The notes beneath the pieces are model-generated. The model had not been told where the DNA came from and did no database searches. It worked only from the letters and a program-made list of their open reading frames with translations. DNA of 64,000 nucleotides from Planctomycetota bacterium. GTDB lineage: Bacteria > Planctomycetota > UBA8108 > SXIK01. This document shows positions 20,879 through 31,405 of the stretch, in pieces (within the stretch, counting starts at the first letter, position 1; every line of letters begins with the position of its first letter). The translations under genes and the position numbers were made by a program. The stretch covers positions 4,128,001-4,192,000 of the forward strand of contig OZ244999.1 in NCBI GenBank assembly GCA_965223265.1, read 5' to 3'.

Positions 20879-22063
20879 ATGAAACGACGCTCGTTCCTCA
20901 AACAAACGCTTGCTGCGACCGCAACCGCCGCGATCGCGAGCCCGCTACGTGCGGCAGCGGGCAAGAAGAAACTCAGCGTGGGCATCATCGGCTGTGGTCG
21001 CATGGGCCAATACTACGCCGAGGTCTATCGCAGCATGCCGAACACCGAACTCGTCGCGATCGCTGAGTGGAACGACGAGCGCCGCGGTGTCGTGGGCGAG
21101 CGCTTCGGCGTCAAAGCGCTCTACAAACATGCCAGCGCGATGCTGAGCGAGGTCGTACCAGACATCTGCGCGGTCATCACACCGACGAAGTTCATGAAAG
21201 ACGCGGTGATCGCGTGTGCCAAGGCCGGCGTCAAGGGCGTGTCGACGGACAAACCGATCGCAGCTCGTCTCTCCGACGCCGACGCCATGGTCGAGGCGTG
21301 CGCCAAGCGAAACGTCATTTTCGCAGGCGGCAACCTTCAGTGCGCGAAGTGGGCCGTCCAGCATGCGGCGAAACGACTGCGATCTGGCGAGCTCGGAAGA
21401 ATCCGCGGCGCCGCGGTGCACCGTTTTAGCGGCGAGATCTCCGGCGGTGGCTGCCAGCACTGCTGCGTGCTGCGTCTTCTCACCGGCGCGGAGGTTGCGG
21501 AGGTGACGGCTTGGGGTGCTCCAGCCGAAGCGCTCGCGAGCGACGTCGACTCAGGTCTGTCGATCGATGGTCGATTCCGCATGACTTCAGGTCTCGAGGT
21601 GAACGTGTTCTCCGCTGAGACGCCGTACCGCGGCGTCGACGTCTGGACGGACGACGCGCTCGTGCGCTGGGATTGGGCCGACCCACAGTTCTTCAGAGGC
21701 GCCGACAGCAGCGGTGCGCGGCAAGAGGTCGATTCCGGTTGTCCGCCATACCCATGGTCGAAGATTCTGAACGAAACGCCCGGGCTGCGCCCGAGTGATG
21801 ACTATCTCGTCAGCTCGATCAGCACGTTTGTCGACGCGGTCGCAAGCGGCCGCGAACTATTCGTTTCGGGTCACGACCTTCGACAGGCGCTGGAGATCGC
21901 GATCGCAAGCAAGCTGTCGGCACAGCTGGGCAACCAGACGGTCCGGCTGCCACTGAAGGACCGCTCGCTGATACTCTATCCTTCCAAGTACCGGTGGCTC
22001 GGCGGTGACGCGTCCGGCCGTCCGCAATCGGCGAAAGATGCGTCTGGAGAAGAGAAGTCGTAG
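20879..22063 (+). CDS. Tat-exported Gfo/Idh/MocA family oxidoreductase
   Basis: AGGAGG RBS; MKRRSFLK twin-arginine motif; VGIIGCGRMG Rossmann motif; DKPIA. Confidence 0.9.
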   Translation: MKRRSFLKQTLAATATAAIASPLRAAAGKKKLSVGIIGCGRMGQYYAEVYRSMPNTELVAIAEWNDERRGVVGERFGVKALYKHASAMLSEVVPDICAVITPTKFMKDAVIACAKAGVKGVSTDKPIAARLSDADAMVEACAKRNVIFAGGNLQCAKWAVQHAAKRLRSGELGRIRGAAVHRFSGEISGGGCQHCCVLRLLTGAEVAEVTAWGAPAEALASDVDSGLSIDGRFRMTSGLEVNVFSAETPYRGVDVWTDDALVRWDWADPQFFRGADSSGARQEVDSGCPPYPWSKILNETPGLRPSDDYLVSSISTFVDAVASGRELFVSGHDLRQALEIAIASKLSAQLGNQTVRLPLKDRSLILYPSKYRWLGGDASGRPQSAKDASGEEKS

Positions 22064-22139
22064 CCGACACGCGACTCGATAGGACGTTGCTCCACGTCAG
22101 TCACCTTCCACACACTAGCACCTTAGGGGAGAAACGAGC

Positions 22140-23021
22140 ATGGCTCTGATCTGTGCCCTCAAACAACAGGGTTTGCTCGCCACCGCGGTGGCGATTTGTT
22201 GCGTCAGCGCAGCGCCGGTCTCAGCACGTGATTTCCCACATCGCGCCGAGGTCATCAAAATCGAGGATCTCAACCACAACATCCGTCGAGTGACGCTGAA
22301 ACCGCAGTCACCTGAATTCAAGTTTGCGGCCGGACAATACATCTACCTGCGCGCCCCAGATGCCTACATCGATGCCTTCAACGAGAAGCACAAGACAGAT
22401 CATGGTGAGATCTCTCGGCCCTATTCCTTCGCCTCGAGTCCTGAAAATCGCGACACCTTCGCACTCATCATCAAGCACTACGGCCCCCCACGCGGTAAGG
22501 AAGCCCCTCCCGGTGTGGTCTCGACCTATGTCCACAAGCACCTAAAAATCGGCGACAAAGTCGAGCTGAGCACGCCGCGCGGCCGCCTCTACACGCCGGA
22601 CGACTCAGACCGCCCGATCGTCCTCCTCGCCGGCGGAGTAGGGATCTCGCCATTCGTCGGACTCTTGACCTATTTCTTCGAGAACAAGGTCAATGAGGAT
22701 CGGGAGATCTATCTCTTCTGCGGCGTCCGTAGCCGGCAAGATCTCGTCCTCGATGCGCACTTCAAAGAGTGGGCGAAGACGAAAAAGAACTTTCACTACA
22801 TCCCAGCCCTCTCACATCCAGCTGAAGGCGACGCATGGAAGGGTAAGACAGGATATATCAATCTCGTCTTCGATGCGCACTTCCCACAAAAGTATGACGC
22901 CGACGCCTACATCGCGGGCTCGCCGATCATGGTGCGCGAGACGATCAAGGTGCTGAAGAAAAAAGGCATCCCAACGGAGCAGATTCACCGCGATCGCATC
23001 AAGGTCGGCGAAGACGACTGA
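22140..23021 (+). CDS. FAD/NAD(P)-binding ferredoxin-reductase-type oxidoreductase with a predicted signal peptide
   Basis: AGQY, RPYS, GVVSTY and LLAGGVGISPF motifs; N-terminal hydrophobic stretch ending VSA. Confidence 0.85.
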   Translation: MALICALKQQGLLATAVAICCVSAAPVSARDFPHRAEVIKIEDLNHNIRRVTLKPQSPEFKFAAGQYIYLRAPDAYIDAFNEKHKTDHGEISRPYSFASSPENRDTFALIIKHYGPPRGKEAPPGVVSTYVHKHLKIGDKVELSTPRGRLYTPDDSDRPIVLLAGGVGISPFVGLLTYFFENKVNEDREIYLFCGVRSRQDLVLDAHFKEWAKTKKNFHYIPALSHPAEGDAWKGKTGYINLVFDAHFPQKYDADAYIAGSPIMVRETIKVLKKKGIPTEQIHRDRIKVGEDD

Positions 23022-23117
23022 CCGAGACGTCGTCGTTGAGTTGACGTTTGATGCTTGGCTGCTTCAGTGCAGGTGCGGCTTGAACGAGACGGACCTCTGA
23101 GAAGGAGACGCTGATCG

Positions 23118-24812
23118 ATGATTCGACGTGAGTTTCTCAAGGGTGCGCTCGCGGGCGCGCTCGTCGGTTCGCCTGTGGCAGCAGACGCGGCTGCGGGCGC
23201 AGACGCACGCCAAGAAGCACAGGCACGACCGCGCAAGCCGCGCATCATGTTCTACCATGACGGTCGGCACCCGCTCATCTACATGTACGAGCCACCGATG
23301 CAGAAGGTCGAATTCGAAGCCGGCGTCGACGAACTAGTCGGCACGCCGGTCGAGGCGATCACCTTTGCGCTGGGCGATGGACGTACGGTCCTGCACGACA
23401 CCAAGGTCGGGGAGCTGTGGGGACACAACGTCAAGCGCTGGCCGCACCTCATCTTTCGGCGCGCCCACCAAAATGCCGTCGACCTGATCGAGTCCGGCAA
23501 CGACCCGCTGCGCATCATCTGCGACCGCGCGCACGCCAAAGGAATTCTTTTCTATCCGACGCTGCTCGTGCAGCAGGGCACCCGCAAGCGCGGCGAGGAC
23601 GTGCGCGCGTCAGACTTTTGCCTCAACAACCCACAGCTCCGCATCGGCGCTCAAGGTGGAGTCGACCCCGATCACCGCTCAGCGACGTGCCTCGACTTCA
23701 AGCACAAGGAAGTGCGCGACGAGCGCTTTGCTTTGATCGAAGAGACGCTGCAGCGCTACCCGGTCGACGGCTTCGAGTTGCAGATGGACTACGTGCCACA
23801 CTATTTCCATCCGCGCGAGATCGACGCCGGCCGCGACATCATGACCAGCTGGATCGAGCGCGTGTACCGCGCCGTGAAGGCTAGCGGCGCCGAGCGAGAG
23901 CTCGTGATCCGCGTTCCTTCGAGCATCGAAGGTTGTTACTCGGTCGGCATGGATGTGCGGGAATGGATCCGCCGCGGTATTGCGGACGTCCTCGTCGGCC
24001 AGAACTTCTCGGGCCCGGAGCTCGTCGACCACAACGCGGACTTCCGCCCACTCGTGGCGGCAGCGAAAGGTACGAGCTGCCGAATCCACGCCGCAGTTCA
24101 CAGCCATGTCGACTCCGACCGCCTGGCAGAAGCGACGATCGAAATGGTGCGCGGCGCTGCCTGCAACTACTGGGATCAAGGCGTCGACGGCCTCTACTTG
24201 GCGCATTGGTTCGGCAACTGGCCCTACGATGCATCTTTTTACGAGAAACTGCGCGAGTTACCCGATCCAGAGGTGATGGCGCCGAAGGACAAGTTTTACT
24301 ACATTCCGACATCGACCGGGCGCTACCCGCGCCCGAGCGTCGAGCCGGGAATGAGCTTACAACTGCCGGCTGATTTGACCGTTGGCAAGCCCACAGAGGT
24401 TGAGCTCGCCGTCAGCGATGATCTACCACGCTGGGCGCGCGACGGACGCGTTCACGAGGTACTCCTGCGCCTTCGAATCAACAACACGACCGAGCTTGAC
24501 GAGCTGCGGTTTCGCTTCAACGGCAAGCGACTGCCAGACTCAATGCTCCGCAAGATCAATGAGATGTACCGCATGAGCGCGCCGCGCTATCGTACTGGCT
24601 CAGCGTATTGGTTCATTTTCCGGCTCGACGAAAAAAATTGGCCACGCCGTGGGAGCAACACGATCGAAGTGACGCTGGCGAAGCGGGATCCCGCCGCTAT
24701 GCCGCAAGTTTTTATCCGTGATGTCGAACTCGAGACCAAGTATCTCATGGGAAAGAACTTTCATCGCGGCCAGGACGTCGATCTAGGGGCGTACAAAGGC
24801 AGCGGCATTTAA
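23118..24812 (+). CDS. Tat-exported putative glycoside hydrolase-like TIM-barrel protein
   Basis: MIRREFLK; CLDF.H.EVRD.....IEE...RYPVDGFELQ; GVDGLY. Confidence 0.7.
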   Translation: MIRREFLKGALAGALVGSPVAADAAAGADARQEAQARPRKPRIMFYHDGRHPLIYMYEPPMQKVEFEAGVDELVGTPVEAITFALGDGRTVLHDTKVGELWGHNVKRWPHLIFRRAHQNAVDLIESGNDPLRIICDRAHAKGILFYPTLLVQQGTRKRGEDVRASDFCLNNPQLRIGAQGGVDPDHRSATCLDFKHKEVRDERFALIEETLQRYPVDGFELQMDYVPHYFHPREIDAGRDIMTSWIERVYRAVKASGAERELVIRVPSSIEGCYSVGMDVREWIRRGIADVLVGQNFSGPELVDHNADFRPLVAAAKGTSCRIHAAVHSHVDSDRLAEATIEMVRGAACNYWDQGVDGLYLAHWFGNWPYDASFYEKLRELPDPEVMAPKDKFYYIPTSTGRYPRPSVEPGMSLQLPADLTVGKPTEVELAVSDDLPRWARDGRVHEVLLRLRINNTTELDELRFRFNGKRLPDSMLRKINEMYRMSAPRYRTGSAYWFIFRLDEKNWPRRGSNTIEVTLAKRDPAAMPQVFIRDVELETKYLMGKNFHRGQDVDLGAYKGSGI

Positions 24813-24895
24813 CGTTAACGGACTCCCCGCTGGCGATGACTTTCAACACCGCGCGATCTCGCGGGTTTTCTTTCAGTTTTTGAGGATTTCTTTTC

Positions 24896-26812
24896 ATGTT
24901 GGCGAAATCATCGTTCGTCTCTGTCATGGTCGCGGTCGTTGCAACTTTCACGGTCATCTCCTGTGGGCATCTCAGGAGTAGCCGCGTGGTCGACTCTGAT
25001 GCGTCATGGTTCCAAAAGAACGCCGCCGTCGTCGAGTCGTTCGACCTCAAGACCCGCGACCGCCGGCTCCCTGCGCTCGACGTCCCAGAGGGCATTCAGG
25101 CCGGCAACGTGTACGAGCTTGGCGAGTTGCCCCAGGTTGAGCTCGCGCCCGGTGTCTCGGCAACCATCTCTTGGGGACGCGGCGCTCTACTCGAGCTCGT
25201 CGAAGTCGAGCCGCAGGCGATTTACCCGACGCAAGTGTTGAACGAAGAGCTCATCACCTACGTCGAGGCGGGCTCTGGTTCGTGCGAGACCGCCAGTGAG
25301 AAGCTCGACCTCGAGGCAGGTTCGCTCCTCTATCTGACGCCGGGCATGCAGCGCACGCTACGCGCAGGTGCGAACGGGCTGAAGCTCATCGAAGTCTTCT
25401 CTCCAGTTCGGCCAAATCACATCAGGCTCACCGGCATCGACGTACCGCAAGACGCAAAGCTCGACTTTCCCGACCAAGGCGTGACACCCTCCATCGAAGC
25501 TGGTCGCCTCTACAATCTGAACAACATCCAGCTGACTGGTTTGACGCCGCCGCTTGAGGGGAATTCCTACAAGCGGAGTACAGCGCAGGCGCGTCTCGTC
25601 TGGGGACGCAATGCCATGCTGAGCTTTATCCGTATGGATCCTGGCTCCTCGTTCCCGTGGCATATCCATCCGGAAGATCAGCACATGATCGCGCTCCGCG
25701 GTGCCCTCGAAGAAGGCATCATGGGCGACTACCTCACCATGAACGGCGACAAACGCCACGTCGTTTTTCAGCCAGGCGGCATGGCGCACTCAGCGAATCT
25801 GAGCGAATTCGGCGCTGACGCTCTGGACGTCTTCTGGCCGGTCCGCCCAGACTACATGGAAAAAGCTGCCGCGCAGCAGGAACGCCTCGATGAAGTCATC
25901 GAGCCGGGCACCATCGCCACCAAACTGACGGAAGGCTTCATCTTCGCCGAAGGCGGCGTATGGATCGACGACGCGTTCTTCTTCACCGACATGTACTTCG
26001 AGGCCGACTGGACCGGAGACCCCGAGCGCAGCGCGCTGATCAAAATGGACGTCGACGGAACCTGGTCGCGGTTCGTCAAGGGCATGCAGATGAACGGCAC
26101 CATTCGCTCCAAGACCGGCAACCTCATCGTCTGCGACATGTTCGGCCACCGCGTCGTCGAGATCGATTCGAAGAGCGGAGAGGTCGTCAGGACACTGCTC
26201 TCGGAGGTCAACGGCAAGCCCATCGATGGCCCGAACGATCTCGTCATGGACTCTGCAGGCGGAATCTACGTCAGCGATCCACAGTTCACCCCTGAGGCGA
26301 AGAAGAGTCAGCCGGGAAAACAGGTTTACTACATACCGCCAGAGGGCGCCCCCCGCGTAGTGATTCCTGCCGGCGAGCTCGCGTTCCCCAACGGGGTCGC
26401 GATCTCGCCGGATGGAAACACGTTCTATGTCAACAACACCTGGTACGCTCCGGGCGAGAACTACGTCTGGGCGTACGACATCGAAGCCGATGGCTCGCTC
26501 TCGGGGAAACGCCAGTTCGCCAAGCTCAACCTCACGGGCGACGTCCTCAGCCATCCGGATCCGGCGCAGCGTGTTGACGCGCGCGCCGACGGCATGGCCA
26601 TCGACACGGACGGTAGACTCTACGTGACGACGCTCTCCGGCGTGCAAATCTTCGATCAAGACGGCAACTACGTCGGCACGATATGGTGCCCGCAGAATCC
26701 GGCGAACTGCGCTTTCGGCGGGCCAAACAACGACATTCTCTTCATGGTCGGAGGTTCGTCTGCGTGGGCGGTCCAAACAAAGGTGAAGGGGTTCGCGCAT
26801 CCGAGGTCATAG
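24896..26812 (+). CDS. Probable lipoprotein: two cupin domains plus SMP-30/gluconolactonase beta-propeller
   Basis: Lipobox-like VISC; HIHPEDQ...H cupin motif; FAEGGVW, GPNDL, FPNG and ADGMAID.DGRLY motifs. Confidence 0.85.
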   Translation: MLAKSSFVSVMVAVVATFTVISCGHLRSSRVVDSDASWFQKNAAVVESFDLKTRDRRLPALDVPEGIQAGNVYELGELPQVELAPGVSATISWGRGALLELVEVEPQAIYPTQVLNEELITYVEAGSGSCETASEKLDLEAGSLLYLTPGMQRTLRAGANGLKLIEVFSPVRPNHIRLTGIDVPQDAKLDFPDQGVTPSIEAGRLYNLNNIQLTGLTPPLEGNSYKRSTAQARLVWGRNAMLSFIRMDPGSSFPWHIHPEDQHMIALRGALEEGIMGDYLTMNGDKRHVVFQPGGMAHSANLSEFGADALDVFWPVRPDYMEKAAAQQERLDEVIEPGTIATKLTEGFIFAEGGVWIDDAFFFTDMYFEADWTGDPERSALIKMDVDGTWSRFVKGMQMNGTIRSKTGNLIVCDMFGHRVVEIDSKSGEVVRTLLSEVNGKPIDGPNDLVMDSAGGIYVSDPQFTPEAKKSQPGKQVYYIPPEGAPRVVIPAGELAFPNGVAISPDGNTFYVNNTWYAPGENYVWAYDIEADGSLSGKRQFAKLNLTGDVLSHPDPAQRVDARADGMAIDTDGRLYVTTLSGVQIFDQDGNYVGTIWCPQNPANCAFGGPNNDILFMVGGSSAWAVQTKVKGFAHPRS

Positions 26813-26815
26813 ATC

Positions 26816-29800
26816 ATGCCGATCCGCGGACGTTTGGGGCGCCGGGGAGGTGGCATCAAGAGTGGCATCGAGAAGAGACGTAGCATCAAGAAATGCTTGA
26901 TCGTCCGGTGTATCGCGTTACGCGTCTTGGTCAGCTGCACCTTGGCGATGCTCCTCTATTCTCCGTCGCGTCAACAGCTCCAAGCCGATGAGTGGCAGTG
27001 GCATGCCAAGAGTGTTCTCGAATCGCAGCGCCCCCAGTTTCAGCAAACGTCGAACGCTCAACGACCGTCGTCTCTTGAGTCCCTGATCATCACAACAAGT
27101 GAGGACGGTCAGGCGGGCTGGTGGGAAGCCACCATTCCGATTGACGGCGGCGCCTACTACCGCTTTCAAGCACGCCTTCGTACGCAGAACATTCAGTTCC
27201 AACGGCGGACAGCGTATCCGCGCCTCCTGTGGCTTTCAGATACCGGAAAGCCGGTCCTTCTCGACCGTGCTGCTATCGGGCCCTACCACCCGCCCGGAGA
27301 ACCTGCCCTCGCCACGCCGGATCTACCGCGCGAGGCACGCGGCGACGCTGACGGCTCCGTATGGTTTGACGGTGTTTACCGGGTGCCCACGGCTGCACGA
27401 CGTGCGCGGGTCCAGCTCCATCTGCAATGGGCGAAAGACGCGCGCGCGGAGTGGTCCGACGTTCGTCTCGAGAAAACCGCTGCACCTAGGCCGCGCAAGG
27501 TTCGCCTCGCAGCGATTCACCAGCGCCCCACCGGAAAGTCACCGCAAGAGAACTGTCGAGAGTTTGCGCCTCTGATCGCGCAGGCTGCGAAGGAACGCGC
27601 GGACTTGATCGTTCTCCCCGAGACGTTGACTTTTTTCGGTGTGGGCAAGAGCTACGCGGAGTGCGCCGAGCCGATTCCGGGACCTTCCACGGATTACTTC
27701 GGTGGCCTCGCGACGAACCATGGCGTCCATCTCGTCGCCGGCCTGCTCGAACGCGAGGGCACGAAGGTATACAACGTTGCCGTTCTGATTGGCCCGAGCG
27801 GGAAGGTCGTCGGCAAGTACCGCAAGGTCTGCCTTCCCCGCGGCGAAGCGCACGCGGGAATCAGCCCCGGCGATGCCTACCCGGTGTTCGACACACCGAT
27901 CGGTCGCATCGGCATGATGATCTGCTACGACGGCTTCTTTCCGGAGGTGGCGCGCAACCTCACAGAAGCCGGCGCCGAGATCATTGCCTTCCCGGTGTGG
28001 GGCTGCAACCCTGTCCTCGTTCGTGCGCGGGCCTGCGAAAACCACGTCTACGTGATCAGTAGCACCTACACTGACGTGAAGCGAGACTGGATGACGTCCG
28101 CGATCTTTGGACATGATGGATCCACTCTTTCAGTAGCCAAAAAATGGGGTGAAGTTGCAGTCGCCGAGGTGGATCTCGCGCGGCCGACGATCTGGGCCGG
28201 AATCGGCGACTTCGCCGCAGAGATGCATCGCAACCGGCCGCCGTCCGCGCTGGAATACGCGCGCGCCGGAATCCTCCCCAACGTCGTGTCGTCTCCTAAG
28301 AACACCGATTCGACGGCGGCGGCCCCACCCTCGGCGACGCACCATCGACAAGCCACATCGGAGACGTCGATGCGCATCCCACCCATGGACCTCGCCGCAG
28401 CGCAAAAGGCGTTTCGCGCACGGGATGGATTCCAAATGCAGCTCATCGCCGCCGAGCCGCTCGTCGTCGATCCCGTGGCGATGGTGTACGACGAATGGGG
28501 GCACGCCTACGTCGCCGAGATGCGCGACTACCCCTACACAGACAAGTCGAGCGACAAACCGTTCGTCGAGCGCACGACCGACGCGCCGCTCGGCCGCGTT
28601 CGTCGCCTCGAAGATACCGACAACGACGGCAGCTTCGATACGAGCACCATTTTCGCAGCCGACCTGTCGTGGCCCACGGGATTGGCGCTTTGGCGAGGAG
28701 GTGTTTTTGTCACCGCGACGCCGGACATCTGGTACCTGCGCGACGACGATGGCGACGGCGTGGCCGACACGCGCCGTCGCGTCTTCACTGGCTTTCGCAA
28801 GTTCAACGTGCAGGCGGTCATGAACAACCTGCGCTGGGGCTTAGACCACCGTCTCTACGCCGCCGGCTCGAGCAACGGCGGTCGTGTCACCCGAGATGAC
28901 AATTCCGCGGCGATCGCCGTCCAGCTCGCCACCAACGACTTCCGCTGGGATCCACGCAGCGGCAAGCTCGAAGTACTTTCAGGTGGCGGGCGATTCGGCC
29001 AGACGTTCGACGATTTCGGCAACCGCTTTATCTGCAACATTCGTAACCCGATTCGCCATGCTGTCTTTCCCGATAGCGCCATCAAGCGCAATCAGGCGGC
29101 GCTCTTCGCAGCTGCGATCCACGACGTCGCCGTCAGTGGAGACACCGTCGCGGTGTACCGCACAAGCGCCCCAGAACCGTGGCGCATCGCCAACGCGACC
29201 CGACTTGCTTCCGATGCGCTGAGCCTGAGCCCGCGGAGCGAAAAGGTTCCCGCCGGCTACCTCACGTCTGCCGCTGGGCTGACGCTGTACCGGGGCGACG
29301 CCTACCCTCCGGGATACTACGGTCAGGCATTCTTGGGCGAGGTCGCCGGCAACCTGATCCACCGTCAGCGACTGAAAGCGCGCGGTGTCACGTTCAGCTC
29401 CGAGCGGATCGATGAACGCAGCGAATTCATCACGTCGGACGACAATTGGTTTCGGCCGGTGAATTTCGTCAATGCGCCCGACGGTACACTTCACGTGCTC
29501 GACATGCACCGCGAAACCATCGAGCACCCATGGTCGATCCCCGATGACATCAAGCAGCACCTCGACCTCGAAAGTGGTCGTGATCGCGGCCGCATCTACC
29601 GTCTCGCGCCACCAGGATTTGAGTTTCGCCCCACGCCGCGTCTCGGAGATCTGGGCGCCGCCGAACTGACGCAGTTCCTCACGCATCCGAACGCATGGCA
29701 TCGGGACACGGCTCACCGCCTTCTCTTCGAGCGCCAAGATCAATCTGCGGTTGCCCCCCTGCGGGGGCTTCTTGACCGCAAATCTGCGGCGACGAATTCC

Positions 29801-31345
29801 ACGCTCGACAAACGCGCCGCGCCGGCAACTCCCCCGCGTCAAGCCGCTCAAGACTTTGATGCCATCGGGCGCGTGCTAGCTCTCTGGTCTCTCCGGGGTT
29901 TGGACCACTTGCACGAGGATGATCTCCGTTCGGCCCTTGTCGACACCGCGGCTCCGGTCCGAGCGCACGCCGTCCGGTTGGCAGCGCCTCGCATAAGATC
30001 AGGTCTCCGTTCGCTCCTCCTCGACCGTACAAGCGATCACGACGCTCGCGTTCGGTTCCAAACCGCGCTCGCGATCGCCCACCTGTCGGGCGCCGAACGC
30101 GACGCCGCCCTTCTCGCCTTCGCGCTTGACGGCGGTCTCGACCGCTGGCTCACAGCCGCCTTGATCAGCTCCGCCGCCAACCGGGAAGCATGGCTTCTCG
30201 AGCAACTTCTCGACCACTCGGCGCGATTAGATCCGCCGCTTGCGCAGCAGCTGGCGGAACTCGTTGCCGTGCGCGGCGCGGCGGAGGACATGACAGCACT
30301 TCTGCAAAGCCTTCGCCGAGCCGGGGGCGACGGAAGGGAAACCTCGCTCGTCCGCGACGCCGTGCTGCAGGGTCTCGCCCGCGGAGCAGCACGTCGCGGC
30401 AAACGTTTGGATTCGCTGACGCAATCGCCGCGACTTCAGGCCTGGCTTCGAGACCGCATCGCGAGCGCGACTCGCGACGCTATCGCAAACGACCTCGAAC
30501 TCTCTCGCCGCCTCGCCGCCGTCGAGCTCATCGCACAGCTCGAGTGGTCGGCCGCTCAGCCGATAGCGTCCGCCCTTCTCCTGACCCACGAGCCGCCGGA
30601 GTTGCAGTTGGCGGCGGCGAGATCGGTACTACGTTTCGACGCGGCCGCAGCGCCGGCCCTACTCGTCGATCGCTACCGCGCACTCGGACCGGATGTGCGA
30701 GCCGAGATTCTCCAGGGGCTTGCGTCGAGGCCTCGTTCCGCCGCGACGCTTCTTGACGCGATCGAGAGCGGCACCGTCGCGTGGAAAGATCTTTCGCGTG
30801 GTCAGAAATCGATGCTTCTTCGCAGCAGGAGCGAGGAGGTCAAAGCGCGGGCGACCACGCTGGCATGGGCGCAAGCACAAGGCGAAGCGACACGCCGCGA
30901 AGTGCTCGATCAATACTCCGTGGCCTTGGACAAGGCCTCGGATCTCACGAGTGGCGAAGCGACCTATCGGCGCGTGTGCGCGAACTGCCATCGCTACCGC
31001 GGCTTTGGTGTCGACGTCGGCCCAGCTTTCGAAACCGTACTCAACCGGTCCGCCAAAGAGCTCCTTCTTCACATTCTCGATCCGAGCCGCGACGTCCTGC
31101 CGAGTTACCAGGACTACGTCGTCGTGATGAAGGATGGAACGGTGCTCAGCGGGATGATCGTTGAGGAGAACGCGAACTCCATCACGTTGAAGCGCGCCGG
31201 AGGCTCTACAGAGAGTGTCGCTCGCGAGCTCGTCGCGGAGCTCGTCGCCAGCGGCAGGTCCCTTATGCCCGAGGGGCTCGAGAAAGAGATCAGCGTCGAA
31301 CAGATGGCTGACTTGATCGGCTATCTCAAACAGCCGCGCTCGTAA
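26816..31345 (+). CDS. Fusion of a carbon-nitrogen hydrolase (nitrilase family) and a PVC-type heme-binding dehydrogenase-domain protein
   Basis: LPET / YRKV / MICYD (E-K-C triad); F...LIAAEP...DPVAM..DEWG..YVAEM; WFRPVNF..APDG.L...DM; C-terminal CANCH and SLMPEGLE; true start may lie downstream. Confidence 0.85.
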   Translation: MPIRGRLGRRGGGIKSGIEKRRSIKKCLIVRCIALRVLVSCTLAMLLYSPSRQQLQADEWQWHAKSVLESQRPQFQQTSNAQRPSSLESLIITTSEDGQAGWWEATIPIDGGAYYRFQARLRTQNIQFQRRTAYPRLLWLSDTGKPVLLDRAAIGPYHPPGEPALATPDLPREARGDADGSVWFDGVYRVPTAARRARVQLHLQWAKDARAEWSDVRLEKTAAPRPRKVRLAAIHQRPTGKSPQENCREFAPLIAQAAKERADLIVLPETLTFFGVGKSYAECAEPIPGPSTDYFGGLATNHGVHLVAGLLEREGTKVYNVAVLIGPSGKVVGKYRKVCLPRGEAHAGISPGDAYPVFDTPIGRIGMMICYDGFFPEVARNLTEAGAEIIAFPVWGCNPVLVRARACENHVYVISSTYTDVKRDWMTSAIFGHDGSTLSVAKKWGEVAVAEVDLARPTIWAGIGDFAAEMHRNRPPSALEYARAGILPNVVSSPKNTDSTAAAPPSATHHRQATSETSMRIPPMDLAAAQKAFRARDGFQMQLIAAEPLVVDPVAMVYDEWGHAYVAEMRDYPYTDKSSDKPFVERTTDAPLGRVRRLEDTDNDGSFDTSTIFAADLSWPTGLALWRGGVFVTATPDIWYLRDDDGDGVADTRRRVFTGFRKFNVQAVMNNLRWGLDHRLYAAGSSNGGRVTRDDNSAAIAVQLATNDFRWDPRSGKLEVLSGGGRFGQTFDDFGNRFICNIRNPIRHAVFPDSAIKRNQAALFAAAIHDVAVSGDTVAVYRTSAPEPWRIANATRLASDALSLSPRSEKVPAGYLTSAAGLTLYRGDAYPPGYYGQAFLGEVAGNLIHRQRLKARGVTFSSERIDERSEFITSDDNWFRPVNFVNAPDGTLHVLDMHRETIEHPWSIPDDIKQHLDLESGRDRGRIYRLAPPGFEFRPTPRLGDLGAAELTQFLTHPNAWHRDTAHRLLFERQDQSAVAPLRGLLDRKSAATNSTLDKRAAPATPPRQAAQDFDAIGRVLALWSLRGLDHLHEDDLRSALVDTAAPVRAHAVRLAAPRIRSGLRSLLLDRTSDHDARVRFQTALAIAHLSGAERDAALLAFALDGGLDRWLTAALISSAANREAWLLEQLLDHSARLDPPLAQQLAELVAVRGAAEDMTALLQSLRRAGGDGRETSLVRDAVLQGLARGAARRGKRLDSLTQSPRLQAWLRDRIASATRDAIANDLELSRRLAAVELIAQLEWSAAQPIASALLLTHEPPELQLAAARSVLRFDAAAAPALLVDRYRALGPDVRAEILQGLASRPRSAATLLDAIESGTVAWKDLSRGQKSMLLRSRSEEVKARATTLAWAQAQGEATRREVLDQYSVALDKASDLTSGEATYRRVCANCHRYRGFGVDVGPAFETVLNRSAKELLLHILDPSRDVLPSYQDYVVVMKDGTVLSGMIVEENANSITLKRAGGSTESVARELVAELVASGRSLMPEGLEKEISVEQMADLIGYLKQPRS

Positions 31346-31405
31346 CCGAACCGTCGCCAACGTCGTCCTTGTTGAGATCAAGAGCATCCAATAGAGCAGC
31401 GCAGC

